This document shows, piece after piece, positions 32,011 to 47,034 of a stretch of DNA of 64,000 nt; the stretch's first letter is position 1; every line of letters starts with the position of its first letter. Position numbers and translations under genes: made by a program. Under the pieces are notes generated by a model. It was not told the origin of the DNA, ran no database searches, and saw only the letters and a program-made list of their open reading frames with translations. Origin of the DNA: the human T2T-CHM13v2.0 reference genome, Homo sapiens; the NCBI RefSeq assembly GCF_009914755.1, contig NC_060928.1, one strand, 5' to 3'.

Positions 32011-32666
32011 AAAAAAGAATTTATCTTGGTTTTTATTTACTAAGTTAGAAATTGTAGTAATTTCTTGTAAGATTTAAAAACAATAGGAGTAAACTCAATA
32101 ACCTCAGTAATGTCATCTTCCTATTAAAAAGAAAATAACAAGAAGACTAAGAGGCAGGATGATAAACTTTTTTTTACTCATGATCAATGTTTTAAGAAAG
32201 GGGACTAAATTAGGCAAAAATTATCATATAATACTTTGTTGAAACAAACACCTTCTAAGAACCATATTTGATTAGGTTAAGTGAAAAAAACAAAATAGGA
32301 TTTCCACTGTTGCAATGTTGCCAAAATTTGAGCCTAATTTCTTGATAAATATATCTAAAAGAGTAAAGCATTAAAGTCAGTATGGTGCTTTGATAACAAT
32401 TAGATGAGAGTATGATGACACAGTGTTGGTTGTTGTTGTTTTAATTTAACATTTTTGTGTGTCAACAATGTGCTTCCATTTTGACAGTGTTTCACCCAGT
32501 ACAAAATCTACAAAGAATCTTAAAGAGTATTTTCTTTAGATGTAGTTCACAGAATACAAATGAACATAATAAATATTGATGTTTCCTTTTCTGCAAGGTA
32601 TTTTTACTTTTATAATATCTTTTATCTAATTTCTACTGTATTCATATTCTGTCAGATTAGCCTCAC

Positions 32667-32734
32667 CTCATTAGAACACAATAATACATCCATGAAAGTA
32701 GAGATCAGAAATAATAAACAAGAACAAAAACAAC
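32667..32734 (-). pseudogene. Candidate exon (68 nt, phase 1 to 0): (C)CFCSCLLFLISTFMDVLLCSNE
   Basis: gtttttag| acceptor, GAG|gtgagg donor, open frame. Confidence 0.45.
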
Positions 32735-34149
32735 CTAAAAACTCTCAATTGACTTAACATTTGTGAAGGACTATTTCACTGATAAATAAGTTTCCTGAGT
32801 ATTGAAAAGCTTGCTACCATCACCACATAAATAGAGATAACCCAGTGATGAAATGGCTGGTATTCACATCAAAACCAAGAGTACATACTAGTTTTGAAAG
32901 AAAATTGGAAATATATAACGTTTTATACAATGCAAAATGACATTTTTACGAAGACATACAAGTGGTAGGAGTTTTAGTTTTTTTAACTGTGAAACATTAT
33001 TCTACTTATATCATATTATAAATATTTAGTGTCATAGAAAAACTGTTAGAAACATTGCAAAATTTAGTTCTAAGAATTTTTTTTTCTTTTTCTGATATAT
33101 ACGCTAACTTTAAACAATGACTGGCAGTAGAGCAGAGACTACAAGTTGTTTACCAAAAAATAAATTCTCTTCCTTTCAATAATGGAAGTGCTATGTATAT
33201 CCATGTCCAACTATACTGCATGTGTCCCTTGAGGTTAGATGTAGCCATTTAAATAAATTGTTTCAATAGTATGCATACAAAAGGATGTATCCTACTTCCA
33301 ATCTGGGCTCTCAAGATCACTTTCTCTTTCACCTTCCTGTGAAATTAAGCAATTTAATATATTGTTAATATAAGTATTGTTATATTATTATATATAACGA
33401 TATATTGTATATAGTTAGTATAAGTATTAACATATATACTTCAGACTTAGAAAAATAAAATACTATTTTGTCTTAACCATTATTGTTTTGGCCTCTTTGT
33501 CATAGCCACTAGCATTCCTGAATACTAATATAGCAAAGAAAGTGTCTCATCTTAGTCCCAGTGCACTTTCAAACTGGCTCAGGTAAAGATATGACATCAT
33601 TCCTTAAAATATCACATGCTCATTCTCCACTGATTCTACAGCATCCCAACTGGGCTTAAAAACTAAAATTATCCCTCAGATATCAAGTCACATTATGTAA
33701 ATAAACTATAACCAAAATAAGAAATAAAGAACCACTATTTTGCAAGCAATCAGGAAAAGTAATCAGGACTTTTCCAGCTACAAGGGGTCGGGATTCCAAC
33801 TCCAATCAGTTTAAGCAACAAATTAAACGAACTCACTTTTCTTCTCTCTGTTTTTCTCTTTTCTGTCTATATTAGACAATGTTGATTGTCCAGCTAAATC
33901 CAGTCCTAACCTCATTCTTTATTGCTGACTGAGTTGTTCAAGTGTTCACACTTCCCTAGTAAAATCATCAAAAAGGAAGGAAAACTCTATCACTTAAAAA
34001 CAAATCAAGGTAATTACATTACCCTAACCATGATTGGTTTACAGCTTGTAAGAAGAAATTCTGGCAAATGAGACATGGAATGTAAAAGTCTTCTGAGTGG
34101 TGGAACTTCTTTGGATATTATTTTTCTCTTAAAAAGAGACAGATGACCT

Positions 34150-36870
34150 GTAGATATCACAAAATGATAGTTTATTATGAACAAAAAATTCCAAGATATT
34201 CAAAATTTTGCCAAAAGTGGACAAATCTTTAAACAATTACACATGAACAAAACTATTTCAAAACATGCAAAACCTAAAGTTCCTATACCATTAACATTCA
34301 TCTATATCTGATTTAAGTAATAATAACAATCAATTAATGAAATAATTGTATTAAAATTAAAAAATCCTCTTGGAAAGAAAGCAGCAGGCTTGAATGTCTT
34401 TGCTAGAGATTTTTATTAAAATCTCAAAAACAATTTAAATATATATAAATCATTTAAGAGAACTGAAAAAGAGGATATGCACCTTCTATACCACAACCTG
34501 ACAAGGACAAAACCAAAAAGAAAAGTTATAGTTTTATCTCACCTATGAATACATGTAAGAAAATACTTAGCAGTTTTTGTAATTTACTAATATTTATAAT
34601 TTTATAAGCATTAATACATTTGACGAATTACATAAAAAGGATAATATATCATGTCTAAGTTGGATTTATACCAATAAAGAAAAGTTGTCTCAATATTGGT
34701 AAATCTATATTTGTATTCTGCCATCTTAAGATATTTTAAAAATCACATGGAATTCTCAATACAGACAGACAAAACATTGTAGTACTCATTATAAAAATGT
34801 AAGCAGACTCTAATGGAGAAATTCCTTAGACTTAGAAGATCTAAAGAGCTTTACAAAAATATATTTAATTTTGAAAGTTTTCCTTTTGAGATTGGTGACA
34901 AGATTGGGAACCAGAAAATATGGATTTCAATGAACACTGTGCTGGAATCTGCCATCAGTGTAGTAAGGCAAGAGGAGAAAATAAAAATTTATACAAATTT
35001 TAAGAAAAATAATAAGACTATATTTCAATAAAATACCCAGTAAGGAATAGTTAAATTATTTGAATTAGCAAGAATTTAGCAATGCTGTAGCACACGTACC
35101 AATAATAAATCAATGAAAATCATTTTGCATGTTATTAATAAAATATTATCAAGTTCTCAGTAATGAATACATAAATGATGTGCAAGATTAAAAAAAAATT
35201 ATTGATGAATTTTAAAGAATTAAATAAATCCAGATACATAGTATTACATGGATTGGAAAAATCAGTACTGCAGAGATCTGAATCTCCTCCTAATTTGTAG
35301 ACTAATTTAATGTAATCATAAACCAAACTTTTAGTAGGGTGTATGTGTGGAATTTGACCAGTTAATTCAAATATTTATGTGGAAATCAATGGTCAAGATC
35401 TTTTAAAATAATCACAGGATTGAAGCAAATACTCTATAAGATATTTAGGCTTGCTATAAAGCCACAATAATTAGGACAGTTTGGTACTGACACAAAGGCA
35501 GACAACGGAACAAGGAAACAGAATGGAGAGCTTGAACCCAGACCCATGCATTATAGATATTTTACTTATGAGAAAGAAGCAATGTAGATTTGTCAGAAAA
35601 GAATTGTATGGAAATATCAGACTTCTCAAGAAATGGGATAATTAGGTATCTACATGAAAAAAATTAAACAGGACCAAACCAATCACACTAGGCAAAAATA
35701 ACACCAGGTAGATTATAGACGTATATGTCAAAAAATAATTAAAAAGCAAAAGCAAGCAAATAAAAAACTCTGCGAAGGCTTAAGAGAATAACATAGTAAA
35801 ACAGGATAGTATCTTTATAATCTTGGGGAAAAAAATAAACAAAACACCAAAAGTACTTTAAAGTGAGTAAGTTTCTTTTTTTCTTTAAACTGTTCATCAA
35901 AAAAAGATGAAGAAAGTAAAAGGATGTCACAGCACAGAAAAAGATAATTGCAACACATAACACTGACAAAGGATTTAAAAGTGGAATATGAAAGGAACTC
36001 AAAAAAAATCAATCAAAAAACCACAGCAAACAATGTTTTTAAATGGTCAAAAGACTTGAAGAGAAACTACAAAAAGAGAAAATTTAAATACCCTATAAAC
36101 CCAAATGGTGTTCAAGGTTATTAGTAAGCAAGGAATTCCAAATTAAAATCACAATACCACTAAACAGCCACCAGTTTGCAACAATCATAAAGCCTGAAAA
36201 CATCAGTTGATTCTTACTGTATGTAGCACCCAGAATCATTAAAACTGCAGACAAAAGCATATATTGCTGTAATAACTTTTGAATGCATACATTCGAGTCA
36301 CCACTTCCGCTTCATACATACAGTAATGTTTGTGCATGTATTATAGAAAATATATAGGATTGATCATAGCAGCACTATTATACCTCCCACCAAACAACCA
36401 AATACACAATCAAATGGATTAATAAATTGTTGTATAAGCATATAATGGAATACTATGCAGCATAAAGGGGAAAATCAAAAGCTACAACCAACAACATGGG
36501 TGAATTTTATATAAACATGTTATTCAGTGAAGATAACACCATAGGATACTGCATACCACAAAATTTGGTTATATAAAGTTCAAAACAGGGCAAAACTAAA
36601 CTATATTAGTTAGGGTTATATACACAGATTTCAAGATTCTAAAGGAAGGAAATTCTTCCCACTTTCTGGGGGAATTCAAAAAATCAGAAACCAGATAAAT
36701 GCAGGTAACTGTCTCGCTTTCAGAAAAAAAAGTCAGGGCATTGCTGCCTCCTTGATCCTAGCTACTTAAAGTACCTAATGTTATGTATGGGAGCATTATC
36801 TATGATAATTAATTTATTTATAGTTTGTGGCATAATTTTTACCATGTGCTGTAATAAAAAAATCTATCTG
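34150..36870 (+). mobile_element. Old L1ME ORF2 and 3' remnant
   Basis: tacatggattggaaaaatcag, ttggtactgacacaaaggcagac, aatggaatactatgcagc, aggcaaaactaaact. Confidence 0.7.
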
Positions 36871-36945
36871 AAACAAATACCAAGACATTCATGAGTGCAT
36901 GCTATATTTTTCCACCCACATAAAAATTACCACAAAGCTTCTTAC

Positions 36946-37275
36946 ATTCATTATTCTCAAGTAAATCAAAATGATAATTGGTATTTGAAATGAACTAAAT
37001 GACTAGATACTTCACAGATAGAGTCATTATCATCTCAAAACCTTTTAAGGATTACTATCAATGATTTAAATTTGATGGTTTTGCTAACGCTGAAATGAAA
37101 AGATTATGACTTTTCAAAGAAATGTCATATGGTGTGATATAGAAAAGAACAGCAACAGCAAATGAATCATGTCTATTGGTAACCTCAAGGAGATCTGAGT
37201 TGCTGGATAACATAATATTTAAAATTTAAAAATCTTTTTTTTTAAATTAAAAGTATGTGCAAAGATCATGGCTAC
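36946..37275 (-). pseudogene. Candidate exon (330 nt, phase 1 to 1): ...LLEVTNRHDSFAVAVLFYITPYDISLKSHNLFISALAKPSN... with 6 stops
   Basis: ctttcttgaattccag| acceptor, AAT|gtaaga donor; length divisible by 3. Confidence 0.4.
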
Positions 37276-37490
37276 CTGGAATTCAAGAAAGAGTTCTGTT
37301 GGTCAAACATCTTAATTTGAGCATCACTTAAGCATAGTATTCACTAGAACAATTATAGCATTATTACATTCTTTACTTCTGCACCCTCCATATTAACTAT
37401 CCAAATGGCTCCTTAGAGCAATACAAGCTGTGGATTGTACTGTTAAGATGGAAACTTTGTGACGTTAAGCTGCTATCACAGGTAACATAC

Positions 37491-37573
37491 TTTCTTCTGT
37501 GACGGCAATAGGATTGATTATATTAAAAGAGGCCTTGCATTCTTCTTTCTGCACTTCCCATAAATCTTTAGGA
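37491..37573 (-). pseudogene. Candidate exon (83 nt, phase 2 to 1): PKDLWEVQKEECKASFNIINPIAVTEE
   Basis: Pyrimidine tract ...gcttatag| acceptor, AAA|gtatgt donor, open frame. Confidence 0.6.
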
Positions 37574-37874
37574 CTATAAGCATGTAGGCAGACACAAAAG
37601 CAAAGCAAGGTGTGTGTTGTTTACAGTTGTAATACAACTGATTTCTCTTGTGCCTCTAACTCTCATCACCAAAAACCAAAGCCCAAAGCTTAGTCTTGGA
37701 ATTTTTATATTTCAAATCTTTCCTTTCCTTATCCCCACATTTGTCAGTCACAGTCTGGCAAGGCTAACTTCGTGCGTATTTCACCACTGGGAACTTTATA
37801 TTCAGTGGCGTATGGACTGGATGTTGATTTTGAATCTCAAAAAATTTGTTATTTAAAAATAAAAGAAAAATTAC

Positions 37875-37917
37875 CTTGGAAATAACCTTGTAAAGGCACT
37901 TCAAATCTTTCTTTTAG
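37875..37917 (-). pseudogene. Candidate exon (43 nt, phase 1 to 2): (A)KRKI*SAFTRLFP(S); alternative in-frame acceptor 15 nt upstream
   Basis: T11-cag| acceptor, AAG|gtaatt donor. Confidence 0.65.
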
Positions 37918-38732
37918 CTGAAAAAAAAAAACCTAAAAAGCCAAAAACAGAACGTAATATTCTTTTCTTGTCTGGTTTCAGTCAGACCTTATAAAAAGGA
38001 AATAGAGAAAGAAAAATTGCTAAAACTGAAGCTTTTTTGTCAGCTAAGAAAATACAAAGTCTCTAGAGGTTTCTCTTTTCCATTTCCTTGGTTTCTTCTG
38101 TCAAATTTTATAATAAAATCAAACACAAATGTGAAAAAGAACATATATTTTGTTTCTTCTAAAGAAATACCTAAACTTTATGTGGTGCTTTGAGAATTAT
38201 TTAGCCCATATAATTTCTTTGATATTAAGAAAAATATACTAAAGTCCTGTTATGAGATGAGATGGTTTGTAATAGCACAGAATTTGAGTTAATATGATTT
38301 TAGATTTTGTTCAAGGGAGCTTAGTAACCAAAAGGATTCCACCAATCACCAGGAATAAAAGCTTTGATACCAAGAACAAAAGAATAGAGAGGCTGTTTTG
38401 CACTATTTTCTTTTCTGTTATTCAATAAAATTACATTTTCTATTTGTACTCCTTCATTTGCCTATATTTTCCCATAGTGTCTCCATTTTTAAAAAACACT
38501 TTTCACTTTCTTGCCTCTTTAGTTCACACAGGAAACATTTTAAAAATTCTTAAAAAACATAGATTAGGGTTAAGAAAGGGTTCATGTATTTTTCATTTTT
38601 CTACTTTTCTATAAGAAAACTAAAATACTTTTTTGAAAGCACTACTTCGGTATAAAATTGTTTTTTCTTTTCTTATATAATACATAGTTTGTTCGTAAAC
38701 TCCATAATATGAGAGCTCATTCTAAAACTGAC

Positions 38733-38940
38733 CTTTAATTTTAGCATTCTGTTGGTAATCTTCTGCTTGCAAAAATGAACATCTTCCTTTTCAATTGTAT
38801 GTATTTTAATATACTCTATAGCCACATTTTTTCCTCTGGAGCTTAACAGTGCAATCAGGCTTGTCGTGAAGAGTGCCATTAGCCTGAGAATGGCAGAATG
38901 GACACATGATACAAAATTAGGACACTCCAGTGCATTTCAC
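38733..38940 (-). pseudogene. Candidate exon (208 nt, phase 0 to 1, 3 stops); an alternative frame carries the MALFTTSL... ORF
   Basis: ttttacccacag| acceptor, AAG|gtcagt donor. Confidence 0.65.
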
Positions 38941-39634
38941 CTGTGGGTAAAATTGTTGCTGAATATTTTTTGAGTAAATAATGGTATATATATTCTTTAG
39001 TGAAAGACTGTTTTACACTAACACTGTATTATCATTCACTTGTAGGTATTTCCCTCCTAGAAACTTATTTCTTTTGCTATATCTTCAACTGCAATAAATA
39101 GTCTACCGATACTCAATTTCCTTAAGGATATACTACAATTAAGGCACAAACATTAAACTAATCAGGAACAGATCACACCCCAAAGAATAACATGAAAAAC
39201 AGATTTTGGAACCATACAATGCATTTTACATGTTTGGACAAATCATTTTGTGTATTTTCAAAAGAAATATTTTATTCATTTAAGGCATTTAATTATGGAC
39301 ATATGAAAGAGAAATGGATATTTATTATATGGAAAGGATGTATGTAAAAGAAAGATTTATTGATGTAACAAGATAATTTCTTTTCCTAAAATTATAGAGC
39401 ATAATGTATAATTTTATATCTATTCTCAATAGCTGAAGTTAGGTGCTCAAAATGTTTTCAGAATTATTAAATAAAGATGTATGTTACGAGATTACTATGC
39501 GTTGACAATATAGTGACTGCAATAAAATTATACTACTAAGCTATTAACCTTGAGGAATCTGTCATGAACTTGCACCCCACAAAGGAGAGGAATCTGAGCA
39601 CTCACCCATCATAGATGACTTTAAGACTTCTTAA

Positions 39635-39995
<361 letters not shown>

Positions 39996-40739
39996 TCAGG
40001 ATCCCATCAGGGGAATAAAGCCATAATTCAATTAAAATTCATGACTTTATGCCATTTAGGACTACACACAAAGAAATTTTAGAGTTTTGTGAATACAAAG
40101 GCAGAACATGAAATTGATATTTGAATTATGACAGATATACACATATACCCACTATGCACATGCATATATATATAGGTGTGTATCATGTTTATAATGCTAA
40201 TAAATGTTTTACAGTATTGGGAAAGTAAAATTTAAAAGATAGCCACATGTGTATATCATTGTAAATATGTCTTCCAATGACCATATGGAATATTAGTGTA
40301 AAGAGAAAAACAAATGGTTCATTTGAATATCAACATCAACAAATTTCTGAAGAAAACCAAAATAAAGTATTAATTAAATATTACATTTTCAAAAGTTTTT
40401 AAAAGGTTCAAGATGTCATCTTCATCTGGATCTCATTACTCAGAAAACTCAGTTCTATTCAGAAAATACTAAGAGTCCAGGGTTCTAATTGCCATTTACC
40501 ATTATTTCACTTTGTCACTTAAAACAAATCAATTACCCTATCTAAATCTTAGGTACCTCCTTTTTAAAAATCACAAAATGGATTAGATGATTTCTATAGA
40601 TGTCTCTAGCTTTAATAGTCTATGATTCCGATGACATTCTGGCTTGAGACCAAAAAAACTTTAGAGCAAGATAAAAGGCTACCACTTAATAACGCTATGA
40701 CCTTTATTAATATTTCCACAAAGCTAAGAGTAGCAAAAA

Positions 40740-41725
40740 GCTTGAAGGCAGTAGAATGACTAGCTTACACTTACCCCAGAGAGCTGCATGGTTCATTTCC
40801 TCATTTTATTCAGGCCTCTGATAAAATATGTCTTTATCTAAAAGGCCTTTCCTGAACACCCCATCTAACCACCCACCCATCATTCTTTACACATTACAAG
40901 ATTTTATTTTTCTTTCTAGTACTCTTTGCCAAAAGATTTTACATTTTAAACATTTTGGATGTTTATAAGCCCCACTGATATAAACTCCATGACAGCTGTT
41001 TTGTTTTGCTTTGTTTTGTTTTTAATTCACAGTTGTGCTTCCAATAGACTGGTGCCTAGCATATAGAAGGTGCTCAGTGAAGTTTGTTGATTGAATGACT
41101 GATGCTTTCAACAATAAGTAGATGCATACGACTGGATCACAGAGGCATGTTAACACTGTGTAGAAGAAAAAGAGGCTGAAAAAATAAGCTAGAACATGGT
41201 TAAAAATAAGTTGGAAGGGGTGTCTTAACATTCCACGCAGGGTTGTCCAATAGAGCCTTTAATGATGAGAGAAATATTCTAGAATGGTGCTGTTCAATTC
41301 AGTAATCTCTAGCCACATGTGACTTTTGAGTATTTGAAACTAGGCTACTGTGATGGAGGAACTCAATTTCTTTTATTTACTTTTAATTGTTTATATTTAA
41401 ATTTAAATAGCTGCATATGGCTAGTGGCTGCTGTATTGAACCGTGCAGTTCCTAAGGAATTTGAAACTACTCCAAAAGCAATGAGAAGACACGGAAGGTT
41501 CTGTAGCAGAAAAAAGTGTGATAAGACTATATTTTTGAAAAATGATACTTTTGAAAGTAATGTTTAGAATGAATTAGAATGGAGATAAATTGGAAAGCAA
41601 AATGGCTAAATAGAAACTTGCAAAAATTTGATATGAGGAACTGAGGACCTGAATTAGGGCAGTGACAGAATGAATGGAAGGGATGGAAGTGATAGGGAAA
41701 CATCAAAGTGGCAAAATCAATAGGA
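40740..41725. mobile_element. L2 fragments
   Basis: gtgcctagcatatagaaggtgctcagt...gttgattgaatga 3' end; taaggaatttgaaact...aagcaatgagaagac. Confidence 0.6.
41237..41448. mobile_element. MER3 hAT-Charlie MITE
   Basis: tgtccaataga...tagccacatgtgac...tggctagtggctgctgtattgaac with an internal AT palindrome. Confidence 0.8.
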
Positions 41726-42058
41726 CTTTTTTTTTTTAACTATGATCCTATATTTGCTGCTACAGAAGATTAGATAGGTAACAATCCCACCTACCAAAAA
41801 GAACTCAGGTAGTAGAGCAAAACCATACTAAGTGTAATGTCAAGAGAAATTCACTGACTCAAAATTCAGCTAATTTTAAATAATTTTAAAATCCAGACAC
41901 ATAAATCACAATTACAAGTCAAAAAAAAGAAGCATTAATTTAAGAAAAAGAAAAAGCTTTCTTTGCATTCCAAGTTGGTCGAAAATCAAGTCTAAGTAAT
42001 GTTTGTAACCAATTCAAAATTGGCATTGAAATGGGGATTGTTTCTAAGGCCAAACATC

Positions 42059-42215
42059 ATATATATACACACATACACACACACACACACACACACTACA
42101 CACACACACACACACATATATATGTACATGTATGTGTGTATATATATGTATATATATATGGGGTGATGTTTGTGTATGGGTATGTATATATAAATATTAT
42201 GTATGTATGTGTATA
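42059..42215. repeat. Compound (CA)n/(TA)n/(TG)n microsatellite
   Basis: Read directly from the sequence. Confidence 0.95.
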
Positions 42216-43520
42216 AATACAAACAATTTGAAAAACAACTGAAGATGTTATCAAATAAGTCTACCCTGTTTCTCATTCTTATAGAAAGCCACCTGGGACA
42301 AGCAGGCACATGCTCCTCTTTTAAAGAGGGGAATACATTTTTATTTTAAGTTTACTTTTAAACAGTGAAATCCTTTCTATCACAACACAAGGAAGACTTC
42401 TCCCATATTGGCAACTGTTTTTATATGGTTGGCATGTTTCAATGAGTCTGAACATGAATAAAATCCAACTACATCACTGGATGAAAAAAAAGCTCATGGC
42501 CTTCCGCTTTTAAAGATGAAACAGAAAATAAGTGTCAAATACAAGAAAGCCAAAGGGTGATTTAAAATTTCATCAACAAAGAAGCCTTGACCCTTATTTG
42601 CACTATTAAAATCTTAATATAACAAAGTCATATAGTGGGACCGTTAGGATTTAAAAGCAAATAAAATTCCTTGGCAGACTAAGGATTTTTGCCATCTGTA
42701 TCTTAAAGCAGGAGGAAACATATTCTGTGTTCAGGCTCTGTAATAAGCATATTAAAGTCAAAGGTGCAGCTAAATATCTCAAGCTAAGTAAAACTGAAAA
42801 GAAATGCCTGCAGGACTCATGTTCTGAATAAAAAAACTGTCGATATTTTGAGAAATTCCACTCTCTATGAACTTCCACTAATGATTACAACAGCAGGAGA
42901 TGGAGCCAAGGAGGCTCCAAGTAAATTGAAAAGCATGATTTTAAGAGAATCCCCCAACACCCAGTAGAATGATAAAGATTTACTCTGACTTCAATCTATA
43001 CCAACTAGTAGGACATATATTTGTACAATAAATGTATGTCCTGAAAGCATGACAGGGTATAACTCAATGGAGAAACTGACACATAAAAGCTACCCTCTCT
43101 ATTGCTCTCCTAAAAAAGATGTGATTATAATTAAAAACAAAAGAATTTTTTTAAAGAAGTGTATTTATACTAGGATTTCAAATCTAGGAACTCCTGAAAT
43201 GTTTCAGAATGAGAAATAATACTAAGAAGAAACCATAGGTAGAAACATGTGTAAAAGATGGCTTACTACTTGGTGATTAACCTTAGTCTGACATGTTAGA
43301 TGTTATTTCAAATACCAAAATTTTCACTACAATTTATTATTATACATATACTATAAATTTAAAGAATTAATTACATGATAAATTGTCCATGGTCCTATGC
43401 TAGAAGGCAAAGGGGATTAGAAAAATTACACAACTACACAACTGTGAGCATTTTTATCCAAAAGTGCTATATTAGTCTAGACACTGCATTTTTAAATATT
43501 GTTTTTCTTAAAAATCTTAC

Positions 43521-43695
43521 CTGCTCATTATAATATTTCATCTCTTCTTGCAAATAGGGTCAAAATATCAGTATGCCCACTTTTTCTTCTTCCCTAGCCC
43601 ATCCATAACCTCAGAGATAACTATGTATCTTCATCATTAGTCTGGAGCTAGTAGAAGAGTTTGGAATCACTGAATCTGCTCTCAAAAAGTAACTT
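43521..43695 (-). pseudogene. Candidate exon (175 nt, phase 2 to 0): SYFLRADSVIPNSSTSSRLMMKIHSYL*GYGWAREEEKVGILIF*PYLQEEMKYYNEQ
   Basis: ccttctgtctcag| acceptor, CAG|gtaaga donor; both stops are TGA. Confidence 0.65.
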
Positions 43696-43941
43696 CTGAG
43701 ACAGAAGGTTATAAATTGCCCATTACAAATATATAAATCTGATTTTAAGATTTTAAAGCACTGGCATTTATATATTCTAAAACCATATAAGCTAAACTAG
43801 AATTTTTTAAAAAAGCAACCATAGTCAAATGGTATTGTAGACAAACAGTAAATAAACTTCTTGAATTGAATAATTTTTCTTTTTCTTGCCCATACTGCCC
43901 TTTTTCACTCATCTAGTACATGTGCTAAAGAGCAAACAAGA

Positions 43942-44289
<348 letters not shown>

Positions 44290-45059
44290 TTATCTGACAG
44301 AGGCTCCCTATACCTCACCCCAAAATTCCCAAAGAGAAAGAAAACACATTACATTTAACTAACATATAAACCAAAAGGATCATAAAAGTGAGTAAGTCTA
44401 CATGAATCTGGATAAAGAAAGAATGCTTGTAGGGAGAAATCTGGACATAGTTTAAATGACATGGCTCTTTTATTTCTTAAAATTGGTGATATAATTTAAA
44501 ATAAGTGAATCTGTCACTCCAAAGTTTAAAACTTTAAGGGAAGAACTGAAAAAAAGTCAGACTTGAGTTCGTATTTCAGCACTTAACTTCCTAGCTTGCC
44601 CTTGATTATGTAATTTAATGAATCTGAGAGTCTTCAATAAAATTATCATAGTTATATGTATTTATAGCTTTCACTAGATAATTCATTGAAGTGTCATATA
44701 TAAAATATTTGATAAACAGTAAACTTTTTCATGTAGTCAAATACCTAAGTAATATAAAGTATCATCAACTCTGAAATCAGTTGGGGAGATTCTTTAACCA
44801 AAGCACTATCAGAGCAAACCGATTTCAAAGGAAACCCTCTTTTATTCATACTTACTGGATAGCTAAGGCCCACCATAACAAATCTGCTAAGAAGATGAAA
44901 ATGAGCAAATTAAGACTGGCTTCCAAGTTAAGTTGGAAAAATCATGTACAAGAATTATACAACACATCTTAAAGTGACAGAATTGCTCCCACTAAGCAAG
45001 ATTTGATTACAACCTAAATATATTACCATCTCTGGAAAAAGAATATGTCAATCAGCAAA

Positions 45060-46270
45060 GGGTTTAGCTGGTGATAGATGCACAGAAAAAGAAAAATTAA
45101 AATTAGAAGCATTGGTAAGATAGGGTAAAAAAAGCTTTTTTTTAAGTACCAAAAGTACTAACCATAAATAAAAAATGAATAAAATTGACTACATTATAAA
45201 AAGAACTTCTGCTCATGAAAACACACAATAAAAAGAGAGCAAAGACAACTACTATATGAAAGAAAGCATTTATAGTATGTGTGATTAATAAATGGACTCC
45301 TATCCAGAATCATACCATAAGAAGAAAGACAAATAATAAGAAAAGACAGTCAAATTGAAAAAATGGGAAAAACAGTTGAACCAGCAAAAAGTTTATGAAA
45401 GTACAAATCCAATAACCTATGAAGATATATTGTCAATTTTATTGGTAATTAGAGAGATTTAAATTAAAACTACCATAAGCCTGGCAAGGTAGCACACATC
45501 TGTAATCCCAGCTACTTGGGAGTTCAAGACCAGCCTGAGTAACAGAGCAAAATACTTTCTCAAAAAAAGAGAAAGAAATTAAAACCACCATGGAATATAA
45601 CTGCACATGTATGAAATTATAAGAAAACTAAAATTTCAGCCAATACTGTGTGCTATTAAATATGTGAGAACATTGGGAATTCACATAAGCTGCTAACGAA
45701 AGGTATATTGCCATAACTGCTTTGTAAACCTGTCATCTACTGAGCATACATCTCATATAAAACTGTGCACAGTTATACCAGAATAAACAAAAAATGATTA
45801 TAATATGTGTTTGTGATAGCCAAAAATAGAATGTGATAAACTTTTGCAACAAATGTAAAACATATAGCTAGGTTGTAAAGAAAATAAATTTACTACAGCT
45901 ACTCTCGATATATATAGTTCTTATAAATATCATATTAATTAAAAGAAGCATAACACAAAGTAAAACATAAAGTTTCATCTGTATAAAATTGAAAAATACA
46001 TAAAACTGTCTTATTTTACAGTATGAGTAGTAAGATTTTAAAGAAAAGCAAGAAAGTAATTCCCATAAAGTCATAATAATCCAATGAACAGGAATGAGGT
46101 GATCCTTAAAGGAAACAGTATATTTTAGAGTTCTGGGAATGTTCTATGCCTTGATATGGGTAGTAGCTACACAGGTGATCACGTCATAATTTTTAATTAT
46201 ATCATACATTAGTAATATATATTTTTCTGTATATTTATTATATTTCACAATTCAAAAACATGTTTTAAAA
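45060..46270 (+). mobile_element. Old L1ME 3' remnant
   Basis: aagaacttctgctcatgaaaacacaca, ttctgggaatgttctatgccttgatatgggtagtag. Confidence 0.65.
45478..45575 (+). mobile_element. Internally deleted Alu monomer
   Basis: tgtaatcccagctacttgggagttcaagaccagcctg; TSD aattaaaac(t/c)acca. Confidence 0.75.
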
Positions 46271-46288
46271 AATTTGGTCATGCTCATT

Positions 46289-46750
46289 TTAGTGAGCTGA
46301 ATAGTGGCCCTCAACAGATATGTCCACCTGTAACTTCAGAATGCAATTTTATTTAGAAGAAGAGTTTCTGAAGATGTAATTAAGATAAGGATCTCTAGAC
46401 AAGATCATCCTGGGTGATCCTAAATCACCCAGGGGTCCCAGTGGGTCCTAAATCCAATGACAATCTTTCTTATAAGAGGTAGAAAAGGCAACACACCCAG
46501 ACACAGGGAAAAACGCCACGTGAAGGCGAAGGTAGAGATTAGAGTGATGCTGCCAAAAGGCAGGCGAATCCTTAAGCTACCAGAAGCTGGAAGAGGCAAG
46601 CAACAATTCTTCCCTGAAAGCTCTGGAGGAAACTAACACCTTGATTTTGGAGTTCTCGTCTTTACAACTGTGAGAAAATAAATTTCCATTTTTTTTTAAG
46701 CCACCAAGTTTGTAATTAATTTTTAAAAGAAGCCCCAGGAATCAAATACA
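46289..46750 (+). mobile_element. MLT1B/C-type MaLR LTR
   Basis: ctgaatagtggccc, cctaaatccaatgac, ccagaagctggaagaggcaag, ttaagccaccaagtttg...aataca. Confidence 0.85.
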
Positions 46751-47034
46751 TGCATCCAAGCAGACAATATTATATAGTGAGTTATTTAGATTTTTTACTG
46801 TTGAGTTGGTCTTGAGTACAACTCTGATTCAACCACTTACAAGGTTTTTAATCTCAATCTCAATCTCAGTTTTCTCATTTGTAAAAGGAGAATAATCTTA
46901 TCCACCTCAAAATGTTGGGAAAAAAGGTAAATAAAAACATTAAAAGACTTCAATGCACTAGCACATATTAAGGGCCTAAATAATTACACACATCTATACC
47001 TTCTCCCCACAATGAGCCATAAAGAATGGATTAT

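Noticed and set aside
32405-32507. Segment ILYWVKHC...QQPTLCHH resembling CPED1 cysteine motifs
   Set aside because: No convincing donor, and it can be aligned to two different CPED1 regions, so the match may be noise
41992-42309. 105-aa and 61-aa low-complexity ORFs
   Set aside because: Translation of the CA/TA microsatellite
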